Source: Ranitomeya imitator (taxonomy: Eukaryota). From it: DNA of 64,000 bases. The position numbers and the translations under genes are program-made. Every line of letters starts with the position of its first letter. Within the stretch, counting starts at the first letter, position 1. The stretch spans positions 117,676,001 to 117,740,000 of the forward strand of contig NC_091283.1 of the NCBI RefSeq assembly GCF_032444005.1, given 5' to 3'. The notes under the pieces were generated by a model, which was given only the letters and a program-made list of their open reading frames with translations, searched no databases and had not been told where the DNA came from. Below are positions 10,401 through 22,653 of the stretch, one piece after another.

Positions 10401-11830
10401 TTAGATGAGAAAACATTTGACTATATGATGAAGTAAACAGCATCTCCCTGACAGTTCCAAGGGCCACAAAAAATCTCTTGATGGCCGTGGGCCATATGTT
10501 GTGCAGGCCTGCCCTATAGCACAATAAGATACATTAAATTTGCAGAGAATAACTTTTGGGCAGATTGAATTTCTTGGGGAAAATCATGCAAACAAGCGAA
10601 TATGATTTTACCTGATCAACTATTCTCTACTGAGAACGAAACTGTCGTATGCTATTTTTTTCTTATTGGTGTGCTGTTATATTGTACAGCAGTTATTTTT
10701 GTCTTTTCAGGTAACAGAGTTAATTTGTAATTGCTGCTTCTTTAACTATTACAAGGTGCCATAGTTACAATCTTAAGAGAGCAAGTATAAGGGCTCACTC
10801 ACACTAGCGCATAAATCCGACGAGTGCAATCCGATAAAAAATCAGATTGCACTTAGACCAATATTATTTATTGAGGCAGTGGAGATTTGTATATTTGTCC
10901 TCAGCTCTAATCAGACTGAGGAATAAATCATATCATGCTGTGATTGCACATGTATATCAGACGAGACTCGCCAATGCAAATCTATGGATCTATTATGGAT
11001 AAATAGCTAGAATAGATATATACAGTAGATAGATAGCCTGTAGATATATAATTTCACAAGCCCCCTACATACAATAAACTTGCACCCTTTGGTGCCATTC
11101 ATGTGGCACTAAAGGGACTTTAGCCTTATTTAACCTAATAAATATATAATTAAAAAACACGACATGAGGTTGCCACTATTTTTGATGATCATTTAATGGA
11201 AAGCAGAAATCTATGAGCTAATATTATCAGACTGGAAAGGTCCATGGTTATTGGGCCCTTCCTAGCCTAAAAATGCCACCTCTCAGCTATCCCAGAAGTG
11301 GCGCATCACATAAGAAGGATATTGGCGCTTTGCCTTTCTCTTCCTGATTGCCTTGGTGCATTGGCAGTTGGGGTAGTGGGGCTTGAGGTTGCTATTGGAA
11401 TAAATATTTTCATGTTTTAATTACTCATGTCATGTGTTCTGTTTAACTAACATCACAGCTTTTGGTATTTGTTTTTATATTTATCTTCAACCTGTTATTT
11501 TTTTATATGTAGGAGTTTAATCATTGAAATGTTATTTCCAAAATGAGTTGTTCAACATGTGTGGTATTCTTGCTCGAATCACTGCAATCTATGCATTGTT
11601 TTGTTTTCCCTTTTAAGTAAGAATAATCTCTTATCCCTACATACTAGAATAAAAATTGATTGCACTGCTGGATGGAGAAATAGCTTTTATTCCTCATGAA
11701 TGCAGCATCTCTGCCCTGGAAAAGAAATATAAAAAGTCAGACTAGAAACACTGATTTTTTTAAATGATTTCCTTCCTTTTTATTATGTTTTGGTAGAATT
11801 TTTACAATACAATCTCAAAGTTGAGGGGGT

Positions 11831-12232
11831 AACATAGTAACATAGTAACATAGTTAGTAAGGCCGAAAAAAGACATTTGTCCATCCAGTTCAGCCTATAT
11901 TCCATCATAATAAATACCCAGATCTACATCCTTCTACAGAACCTAATAATTGTATGATACAATATTGTTCTGCTCCAGGAAGACATCCAGGCCTCTCTTG
12001 AACCCCTCGACTGAGTTCGCCATCACCACCTCCTCAGGCAAGCAATTCCAGATTCTCACTGCCCTAACCGTAAAGAATCCTCTTCTATGTTGGTGGAAAA
12101 ACCTTCTCTCCTCCAGACGCAAAGAATGCCCCCTTGTGCCCGTCACCTTCCTTGGTATAAACAGATCCTCAGCGAGATATTTGTATTGTCCCCTTATATA
12201 CTTATACATGGTTATTAGATCGCCCCTCAGTC
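11831..12232 (-). mobile_element. 5'-truncated CR1 LINE inserted at the extreme 5' end of the L1
   Basis: (AACATAGT)n tail at 11831; C-terminal CR1 peptide RLRGDLITMYKYIRG...RGHSLRLEERRF...FFTVRAVRIWNCLP; GGGGT duplicated at 11826-30 and 12233-37. Confidence 0.9.
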
Positions 12233-12651
12233 GGGGTGTGGCTTGGCAATGGAACCAAATGGATGTGTGCACTAAAGCTCCTGCTGCTCCCAGGAATTCA
12301 AAGGCCATGGACAAGGCTAAATGCTGCAAAAAGAGCTCTAGGACATCAGATATTGAGTAGCAGCAAAGGAGAGGTGTTGAGGATGAGCAGCTGTGTATTT
12401 GCGGTGATGGGGAAGCTGTTTTATTTAGAGGAGAGAGAAGAGGGTCGTGTGTCTTCAAGCTTGCAGCAGAGCAAGATCCCTCCTGGTGAAACTGTCTTTT
12501 TGCATTCCCGTGCGGTTGGCAGGCATGTCAAAACGCCGCAAGCGGATGCATCTGCATACAATGCATGTCCCTGCATACCCAATGTTAAAGATAGGTATGC
12601 AGGATGATGCAGGATGCATGTGGATGTAGGCGGAGCATAGGTGGAGCTTAA

Positions 12652-15600
12652 CCCCTTCGCGACATGCACCGTACTAGTACTGCGCTGCCGGCACTGCATT
12701 AGTGCCAGCAGCAGTACTAGTATGGCGCACCGATCACCGCGGTCTCGCGCTGAGCGCCGCGGTGATCGGGTGCGGGTGTCAGCTGTATACGACAGCTGAC
12801 ACCCCGCAGCAATGCCCACGATCGGCGCTATCGCCGATCGCGGGCATTTAACCCCTCTGATGCCGCTGTCAGTAGTGACAGCGGCATAGAGGGGGATCGC
12901 GCAGGGACGGGGGCTCCCTGCGCTCTCTCACCGGAGCAACGCAATAAGATCGCGTTGCTCCGGTGACCTGGAAGGAGTCCCCGGATCCAAGATGGCCGCC
13001 GGACTCCTTCAGGGTTATGAAGTGACCTGGCTAGCCGGCGCCTGCTGAGAGCAGGCGCTGGAGAGCCAGCTAAGCTGCCTGTCAGATCGTTGATCTGACA
13101 GTGTGCTATGCACAGTGTCAGATCAACGATCTGATCTAATACAGAGATGTCCCACCCTGGGACAATGTTAGAAAGTAAAAAAAAAAAAAAAATAGAATGT
13201 GTAAAAAAAAAATAAAAAAAAATCCCCAAATAAAAAAAAAAAACATTTCCCAATAAATCCATTTATTTATGGAAAAAAAAAAAAACAATAAATGTACACA
13301 TATTTGGTATCGCCGCGTCCGTAACGACCCGCTCTATAAAACTATCCCACTAGTTAACCCCTTCAGTGAACACCGCAAAAAAAAAAAAAAAAAAAAAAAC
13401 AAGGCAAAAACAACGCTTTATTATCATACAGGCGAACAAAAAGTGGAATAACACGCGATCAAAACGACGGATATAAATAACCATGGTACCGCTGAAAACA
13501 TCATCTTGTCCCGCAAAAACAAAAGCCACCATACAGCATCATCAGCAGAAAAATGAAAAAGTTATAGCTCTCAGAATAAAGCGATGCAAAAACAATTATT
13601 TGTTTATATAAAATAGTTTTTATTGTGTAAAAGCGCCAAAACATAAAAAAAATTACATAAATGAGGTATCGCTGTAATCGTACTGACCCGAAGAATAAAA
13701 CTGCTTTATCCATTTTACCACCCGTGGAACGGTATAAACACCCCCCTAAAAGAAATTCAGGAATTGCTGGTTTTTGTTCATTCCGCCTCCCAAAAATCGG
13801 AATAAAAAGCGATCAAAAAATGTCATCTGCCCGAAAATGTGACCAATAAAAACGTCAACTCGTCCCGCAAAAAACAAGACCTCATATGACTCTGTGGGCC
13901 AAAATATGGATAAATTATAGCTCTCAAAATGTGGTGATGCAAAAACAATTTTTTGCAATAAAAAGCGTCTTTTAGTGTGTGACAGCTGCCAATCATAAAA
14001 ATCCGCCAAAAAAATGCTATAAAAGTAAATCAAACCCCCCTTCATCACCCCCTTAGTTAGGGAAAAATAATAAAATGTAAAAAAATGTATTTATTTCCAT
14101 TTTNNNNNNNNNNNNNNNNNNNNNNNNNNNNNNNNNNNNNNNNNNNNNNNNNNNNNNNNNNNNNNNNNNNNNNNNNNNNNNNNNNNNNNNNNNNNNNNNN
14201 NNNNNNNNNNNNNNNNNNNNNNNNNNNNNNNNNNNNNNNNNNNGGGTTTCCACTGTTTAGGCACATCAGGGGCTCTCCAAACGCGACATGGCGTCCGATC
14301 TCAATTCCAGCCAATTCTGCATTGAAAAAGTAAAACAGGGCTCCTTCCCTTCCGAGTTCTCCTGTGTGCCCAAACAGTGGTTCCCCCCAACATATGGGGT
14401 ATCAGCGTTCTCAGGACAAGTTGGACAACAACTTTTGGGGTCCAATTTGTCCTGTTACCCTTGGGAAAATAAAAACATAGGGGATAAAATATCATTTTCG
14501 TGAAAAAAAAAATATTTTGTTATTTTCACGGCTCTGCGTTATAAACTGTAGTGAAACACTTGTTGGTTCAAAGCTCTCACAACACATCTAGATAAGTTCC
14601 TTGGGGGGTCTAGTTTCCAATATGGGGTCACTTGTGGGGGGTTTCTACTGTTTAGGTACATCAGGGGCTCTGCAAATGCAACATGACGCCTGCAGACCAA
14701 TCCATCTAAGTCTGCATTTCAAATGGCGCTCATTCCCTTCCGAGCTCTGCCGTGCACCCAAACAGTGGTTCCCCCCAACATATGGGGTATCAGCGTTCTC
14801 AGGACAAGTTGGACAACAACTTTTGGGGTCCAATTTGTCCTGTTACCCTTGGGAAAATAAAAACATAGGGGATAAAATATCATTTTCGTGGAAAAAAAAA
14901 TATTTTTTATTTTCACGGCTCTGCGTTTTAAACTGTAGTGAAACACTTGTTGGTTCAAAGCTCTCACAACACATCTAGATAAGTTCCTTGGGGGGGTCTA
15001 GTTTCCACTATGGGGTCACTTGTGGTGGGTTTCTACTGTTTAGGTACATCAGGGGCTCTGCAAATGCAACATGACACCTGCAGTCCATTCCATCTAAGTC
15101 TGCATTTCAAACGGTGCTCCTTCCCTTCCGAGCTCTGCCATGCACTCAAACGGTGGTTCCCCCCCACATGTGGGGTATCAGCGTACTCAGGACAAATTGG
15201 ACAATAACATTTGTGGTCCAATTTCTCCTGTTACCCTTGGGGAAAAAAAATTGCGGGCTAAAACATCATTTTGTGGAAAGAAAAAATGATTTTTTAATTT
15301 TCACAATGCTACATTCTAAACTTTAGTGAAACAATTGGGGGTTAAAAGTGCTCACCACACATCTAGATAAGTTCCTTAGGGGGTCTTCTTTCCAAAATGG
15401 GGTCACTTGTGGGGGGTTTCCACTGTTAAGGCACGTCAGGGGCTCTCCAAATGCGACATGGCGTCCGATCTCAATTCCAGCCAATTTTGCATTGAAAAGT
15501 CAAATGGCACTCCTTCCCTTCCGAGCTCTGCCATGCGCTCAAACAGTGGTTTATCCCCATATATGAAGTATCGACGTACTCAGGACAAATTGCACAACAA

Positions 15601-16687
15601 CTTTTGGGGTCCAATTTATCCTTTTACCCTTGGGAAAATAAAAAATTTGGGGCAAAAAGATCATTTTTTGTGAAAATTAATAAAAAAAATTTTTTTACGG
15701 CTCTACATTATAAACTTCTGTGAAGCACTTGGAGGTTCAAAGTGCTCACCACACATCTAGATTAGTTCCTTAGGGGGTCTACTTTCCAAAATGGTGTCAC
15801 TTGTGGGGGTTTCCACTGTTTAGGCACATCAGGGGCTCTCCAATCGTGACATGGGCTCCGATCTCAATTCCAGCAAATCTTGCATTGAAAAGTCAAATGG
15901 CGCTCCTTCCCTTCCGAGCTCTGCCATGTGCCCAAACAGTGGTTTACCCCCACATATGGGGTATCGGCGTACTCAGGACAAATTGTACAACGACTTTTGT
16001 GGTCCAATTTCTCCTGTTACCCTTGGTAAAATGAAACAAATTGGACCTGAAGTAAAAATTTTGTGAAAAAAAAGTTAAATGTTCAATTTTTTTAAACATT
16101 CAAAAAATTCCTGTGAAGCACCTGAAGGGTTAATAAACTTTTTGAATGTGGTTTTGAGTACCTTGAGGGGTGCAGTTTTTAGAATGGTGTCACTTTTGGG
16201 CATTTTCTGTCATATAGACCCCTCAAAGTCACTTCAAGTGTGAGGTGGTCCGTAAAAAAATGGTTTTGAAAATTTTGTTGCAAAAATGAGAAATCGCTGG
16301 TCAACTTTTAACCCTTATAATGTCCTAACAAAAAAAAATTATGTTTCCAAAATTGTGCTGATGTAAAGCAGACATGTGGGAAATGTTGTTTATTAACTAT
16401 ATTATGTGATATAACTCTCTAATTTAAGGGCATAAAAACTAAGAGTTTGAAAATTGCTAAATTTTCATAATTTCCGACAAATTTTTGTTTTTTTCACAAA
16501 TAAATGCAAGTCATATCGAAGAAGTTTTACCACTATCATGAAGCACAATATGTCACGAGAAAACAGTGTCAGAATCACCAGGATCCGTTGAAGCGTTTCA
16601 GAGTTATGACCTCATAAAGTGACAGTGGTCAGAATTGTAAAAATTGGCCCTGTCACTTAGGTGAAAACAGGCTTTGGGGTGAAGGGG
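12652..16687. mobile_element. Non-autonomous piggyBac-type element, copy 1
   Basis: TTAA|CCCCTTC...GAAGGGG|TTAA (TTAA at 12648-51 and 16688-91). No transposase; five ~390-bp internal repeats; assembly gap at 14104-14243. Confidence 0.88.
14104..14243. other. Assembly gap (140 N)
   Basis: N run; the flanks match the borders of the telomere-like tract in copies 2 and 3. Confidence 1.
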
Positions 16688-17491
16688 TTAATGGAGGATG
16701 TACAAAGCCATACGCAGACCAGCTAAATGCAAGTGTGACACAGCCTATCTTTGTCCTTTCATCCTTGTCCATCCACCCAGACTAAGATGAAATTGGTAAT
16801 ATCAGGCATGTCATCAATTAGCTTCTCTAAATGTTAGAGGGTTTAATGTCCCACAAAAACATTCTCAAATTCTTTACGGGATGCATAAAATGGGAGTGCA
16901 AATTATTTTCTTACAGGAGACCTAGTTTTAAAGTAATCACTTACCAGAAGTGAAACATCGGTACTACACAGCCTGGCATCATGGGTTGAATCCGATTGCT
17001 GAATCTAAAGGGGTCAGCATTGCTATTCACAAAAATGTTACCTTTACCCTAGTAGAGTTTGAAACTGATGATAACAGACGTTTTATGGTAGTGAAGATTT
17101 CTTTTTTTAATCAGATCTACACACTAGCTAACTTTTATCTTCCAAACAAAGAGCAGGTGAGGACTGGGATGATATATTTGCGGCGACTGGAGTTTTTTTT
17201 GGAAGGCCTTTAGATTTTGGGGGAGACCTCAACCTGACGATGGATAAGATGTGGGACTCCTCAGTGGGTGAGTCTACTATTCCCCTTATGCAATTGTCCT
17301 CCTGGAAAAACAATCTCTTCAAATTGCTGGCAGTGGATGTGTGGTGTCTCTTATTTCCTAAAGATAGATATTACACCCACTACTCATCACTTCACAACTC
17401 ATATAGTAGAATCGACTACTTTTTGGTTAGTCTTCATTTGCTTAGCTGGGGTCCCCCGCTTCGAGGCGCACTATGAGCTGGCCAGACTATG

Positions 17492-18483
17492 TGTTAATGA
17501 CTGGCGGAACGCACCAAGTATAGATGATATGAAACTAGGTGCGTTCGCAGTCCGAGGTCCACCGTGCAGGTAAAAACCCTGCTGCTAGTAAGACGGACTA
17601 TATGGCGGTACTATAAGTATACACACATGGGTTAACTTTACCCAGCGTGAAGGAAGCGATCCTGTTGCGTCACAGGACCGCGGTACCGCACATAGAGCGC
17701 GAGCAAGAAGTCAGCAAACACAACCCCAACTCAGGATTGAAGTCCGATTAGACCACTTGCTGGCGCAACACCGCAACTGGGTGTGTAAGGAAACTATTAA
17801 AATAGTATATAAAGGCACGAGAGTGCGTGCGGTGCCGCACTGACGGACGCCACTAACCACCCAGGCTTGGGTAAGGAAAGCGCAGAGGAAGCGCACGGCG
17901 CCGTACAGGTGGACACAGCAACTGGACGCTGTGATGTGTGTTACGTGCAGATGGCTAGTCGGGCGCTAGATAGCTACCATCATCAACGAGCAGTCAACAA
18001 CACTAGGGAGGAATACTTAGGAGCTTTCATCCATCGACATACATCCATCTACACACACACATTATATCAAGACAATACTAGCGCATGGCCGTGCGGTCAT
18101 GCGCAGTTTATATAGTTGCAGCACAGGAAGCTGCTACAGAAGTTTTGCCCTTTCAGGACCTGCCAAGAGGACCAATGGGATGTGATGCAGCACCTGAGCA
18201 TGTGACCCTCGATCTCCAACGGGAGATCCTGTCCTGGGCATGCTCAGTGTGTGCAAATAAGGACTTAGTCCCAGGGAAGCCCGCTCGCCGCAGATCAGTG
18301 CAGGGTACAACAGGAGAGCCGGAAAAGGCAGCAGTAACCCTTTGCACAGAATCAGTCCCAGCGAGACGCTGGGAGCGACGCCTCCGCTGAGCAGAGCCCA
18401 CTGCGGCCGAAGCAGAATGGGAGACCGCAGCAGACACGGATCGAGATTCCCCCTGTGCAGCAGAGGAAACTCGACTCCTAACA
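17492..18483 (-). mobile_element. Solo LTR (992 bp) in the L1 endonuclease region
   Basis: TGTTA...TAACA termini; 5-bp TSD CTATG (17487-91 and 18484-88); L1 reading resumes (SWPDY|APII). TATATAAA on the minus strand at 18107-18114 suggests orientation. Confidence 0.88.
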
Positions 18484-20239
18484 CTATGCTCCCATCATCT
18501 TTACTTTTCAGCCACCCACCTCTGTACCACGCCCATGGCATTGGCATTTAAACTCTAACCTTCTTGAAGACATTAACAACAAAAATGCTGTAGAACAAGC
18601 CATCTCTGAGTTTTTGCATCATCACGGAATGGTTGATACCCTCTTCCCCATCCAATGGAGAGCTCTAAAATCGGTAATTAGGCGTATCCTAATCAAAGAA
18701 GGCACTAGACTTAAGTAAGGAAAAACCCATGCGATAGAAAATCTTTTGATGCAAATACATTCCATTGAACAATCCCATGAAAAAAAATCCATCTGCTGAT
18801 ATCTTGATTAATTTGATCAAGTAAAAAGATGACCTGAACGGACTTCTAGACCAAAGCTGCTCAAAACATAGGGAAAGTTATTTTATGAATTTGCAGATAA
18901 ATGTGGTGGCCCTCTAGCTATAAGCATCCATCCTAAAGCCCCAACAACATTTATCCAATCGATACAGGATGCTGCAGGATGTATAATCAATGAATCCAAA
19001 TTGCTGACGTATTCAAAAGATATTATAGCTCCCTGTACAATATTGAGGGCCAATATGTAGATATGTCACCAACCAACTTCAGTTGAAAATTGATCAATAA
19101 ATGAAAGACACTACTCTGCCCTCAATACTGGATGACACAAGGGCATCCCTAGAGCAATCAGTTGAAGAAGAGGAGGTACTTCAGGTCATCAAAAGTTCCC
19201 CATCTAAGAAATTCCCAGATGGTTAGCCTGCCAAATTTTATTAAAAATTTGCTACGCAAATAACACCATTCTTAACCAAACCAAAGTACATAATTCAGTT
19301 TCGACTTCAAACCCTTTTCCCAGACAAACTCTGGAATCCCATATTTCGGTGATACTGAAACCTGGGAAAGACCAAACATTATGTTCAAGTTACAGGTCAA
19401 TATCCTTTGTTAACATTGATGTTAAACTTTTCTCTAAAATCATAGTGACCAGATTAGCCCCCTAATGCTTCATATTGTACACCACGATCAAGTAGGATTT
19501 GTGCCCCAGAGGGAGGCAAGAGACAACACGATTAAAGCGATGCTGCTTATGTCCTATAAAAAATTGAAAAAGATTTGGGTATGCATTCTATCGGTTGATG
19601 CTTAAAAAGCATTTGAGCGGGTTAGCTGGCCACTTCTATATAGTGCTCTTAAACAAATCAATTTATGCACCAACTTTCTCAACAATATAATGGTTTTATA
19701 TCAAGACCCCTCTGCCAAGGTCTGTTGCAATGGCACCTATTCAGAATCTTTTGGAGTGTCAAATGGAACAAGACAGGGGTAGCCACTCTCCCGGTTATTG
19801 TGATTGAACATCTGGCAATGGCCCTCAGGAAAAATTCCAATATTCAAGGAATCCCAGTCGGGCCCAAATCTCATAAACTGGCACTGTACGCATTTGACCT
19901 CCTATTGTATATCACTATTCCTAAAACATCACTGCCCTCTATTCTGAAAGAATTTGAGACATATAGTTGACTGAGTAATTTTAAGGTAAATCTTTTTCAG
20001 TGAGAGATTTTAAACATCAATATCCCACAGGAGGAGGCACAATTGTTAAAATAGCCCTTTCCTATCCGTTGGTGCAATGGTTCTATGAAATATCTTAGGG
20101 TCTAATTGCCCTCAGACTTGTCCCAGCTCTTCTATCTGAATCATGAGCCTTTGCTCAGTCGTATCAAAGCTGAGCTCAAGGCTTATGACAAAACACGATT
20201 ATCTTGGTTTGGTAGAATTAGCGTATTAAAGATGGACAT

Positions 20240-20416
20240 TAGGGTTGAGCGACTTTTACTTTTTTAGGGTCGAGTCGGGTTTCACGAAACCCGACTATCT
20301 CAAAAGTCGAGTCGAGTGAAATAGGCCGATTATGGTGAAAAGTCGGGGATCGACCAAAACACGAAACCCAATGCAAAGTCAATGGGAATTTTTTATTTTT
20401 ATTTTTATTTTTTTTA

Positions 20417-20452
<36 letters not shown>

Positions 20453-20746
20453 CCCTCCGTCCCTGAACAGAAAAGCTGGTGTTACACATTGCAAATCGCT
20501 ACAGCGCACAAGCAACAAGATGACGATAGGCGTCCACGCCCCTAAGACCTATGTCATCACTCTGCCCACGCTCCTTCATTGGCTGAAAAAATGGCGCCAA
20601 GTGCGTCATATGACACGCGACTTTGGCGCGAAAGTCACGTACCGCATGGCCGACCCCACACAGGGATCGGGTCGGATTTCATGAAACCTGACTTTGCCAA
20701 AAGTCGGCGACTTTTGAAAATGAACGATCCGTTTCGCTCAACCCTA
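20240..20746. mobile_element. hAT MITE in L1 ORF2
   Basis: TAGGGTTGAGCG...CGCTCAACCCTA; 8-bp TSD ATGGACAT/TTGGACAT; internal (CT)n. Confidence 0.9.
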
Positions 20747-21476
20747 TTGGACATTCTTATGAAACGTTTATGTATTTCAAGCGATTTCAATTGCACCCTC
20801 CTGTTCCTTTTTTAAGCAACTAAATACAGTCTGTAAAAATGTCATTTGGAGAACAAAAAAATCGAGACTGTCCATTAAATTTTTGGCTAGATCTAAATAT
20901 CAAAGGGGGGCCTGCCTCACAAATTTTCAACTATATCATGCTGCAACTGTGCTCGGGCAGCATTTCATGGTGTGAATCAGAAGCATTGGGTCACACTAGA
21001 GTCATTCCTATCATGCCTAGACTTAATTTCTCTACCTTGGATTTCTAAGCACTTCCAGTTCTTCAATGGGACCACTCCCCTCATTAACAGTTGATCTTCT
21101 AAGAGATAGGGATCAATTGGTAAAGAAACTTAAGTTTTCTAAGATTCCAGGACCTATGACACCAATCACTGACAATCCAGAATTCCCCCCTGAAGTTGAA
21201 GTGAGTAAATTCCTGGTCTTCAACTGGAAAATTAGACTCCATCAGGTCATTGCAAATTTCATTAATATACCATCACTAAACGAGCTTAAAGCTCTGCAGC
21301 CCAATCAAATCATGTCTTGTTTTCATACCTCCAGTTCCATTCATTCACTAATACCCTTCAGTCGTTCTCAGTGCTCAAGTCTGACCCTTCTCAGTTTGAT
21401 TCATTGCTGATTGGAGAAGTTGCACCCAAGCATACGATCTCTCAAATATATTATATTTTGTCATCTCACACTAATA

Positions 21477-21674
21477 AAGAAAGAATATAAAACAGCTCAC
21501 CCGTGATGCATAAACCAAACCTTAGAAGCACGTACCCGCTGTGTGCAGGCGTATAAAGTCCAAAAAAAGAAGAGAATGTCCAGCTTCACCGAATCCGTAA
21601 AAAAGTGTTTTCTTTATTCACAAACTTTAAACATAGAGGATACAGACTTCAGCACGAACCATATGGGTAAGAAT
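21477..21674. mobile_element. Short (~200 bp) insertion in L1 ORF2, Penelope-like fragment
   Basis: Interrupts L1 coding similarity; CTAATA duplicated at 21471-76 and 21675-80. The family call rests on recalled resemblance only. Confidence 0.45.
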
Positions 21675-22653
21675 CTAATACAGAGCTCCTATGGTTCAAG
21701 AAAGAGTGGGAGGGAGAGATAGGGATGACCTCGGAGGAGCAATGTAACAAAACTTTCTTTTGCACACACAGACTTCCATTGGCTTGCAAAGCTCAAGAAA
21801 AAAAACTACAAAATCATAACTAGGTGGTATTGTTGCCCAGCAGATCTTCATGAGATATTTCCCTCTGTCTCCAATAAATGCTGGAGATGTGAAAATGCTG
21901 AAGGCACTATGATTCATATCTGGTGGGAATGCCCTCAAATAAGTGGCCTCTGGAGCAAAGTCTTTCATGTTCACAAACACAGGGGAATCATCATCTAGAA
22001 CTCCATAGATTGGACTTCTTTCTATGATACCAGGCTATTTAAATCTATCAAAAAAGGATTGCTGAGACGGTGTTTATCCTCCACTAGAACAGTCATTACC
22101 AGACACTGGCATTCTAGAATCACTCCACCTATCCAAGAATGGTCTCTTGAAATGGATTTTTTGTGCAGAATGGAATGATTCTCTGCTCATATTAAAATTT
22201 CCTCTGACAACTTTTTCCGCAATTCGCAAGGATAGATTCCCCGAAGTACTCCTCAATCCTTCTGTCGTGATGAAGACACCATATATTATACTTGTACATA
22301 CCTGAATCTGGGTAGATTCATAAACCTTGCTCATATCTTCCCTTAGGATCTCTTCTTCACTTTTCTATTTGTTATAATTTTCTACAAAAAGTTATTTTCT
22401 TTCCTTTGTCAGGCTTGACAAAGCCCAACTTGATTGCAAGAAAATAATGAACAATTTGCTAATCTGTGATACTCTTCTTTTTTAAAAAAGGGGCATTCTG
22501 ATATGTGATTTAATGTTAACATATTATCTTGATATTTTGAAAAGTTTTGATGGGATCACTGTGGTCTGTACCACTATAATGAAGATTACCCCTATGGTTT
22601 CATTTACAAATGTTACAACACTATATACTGTTCTCAATTAATAAATTAGCTAG

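Larger units (their letters stand above)
16808..22280 (+). pseudogene. L1 ORF2 pseudogene (APE endonuclease, RT, CCHC), disrupted by stops, frameshifts and insertions
   Basis: SLNVRGFN, FLQET, YSRIDYFLVS, KPGKD..SYRSIS..NIDVK, DQVGF, SVDA*KAF, NGTRQG, LYAFD (YADD position), GRISVLKMDI, KCWRC..GTMIHIWWECP. Confidence 0.9.

Noticed and set aside
12236-12607. 123-aa ORF as L1 ORF1
   Set aside because: Too short, GTG start at the element's first bases, and no coiled-coil or RRM-like character.
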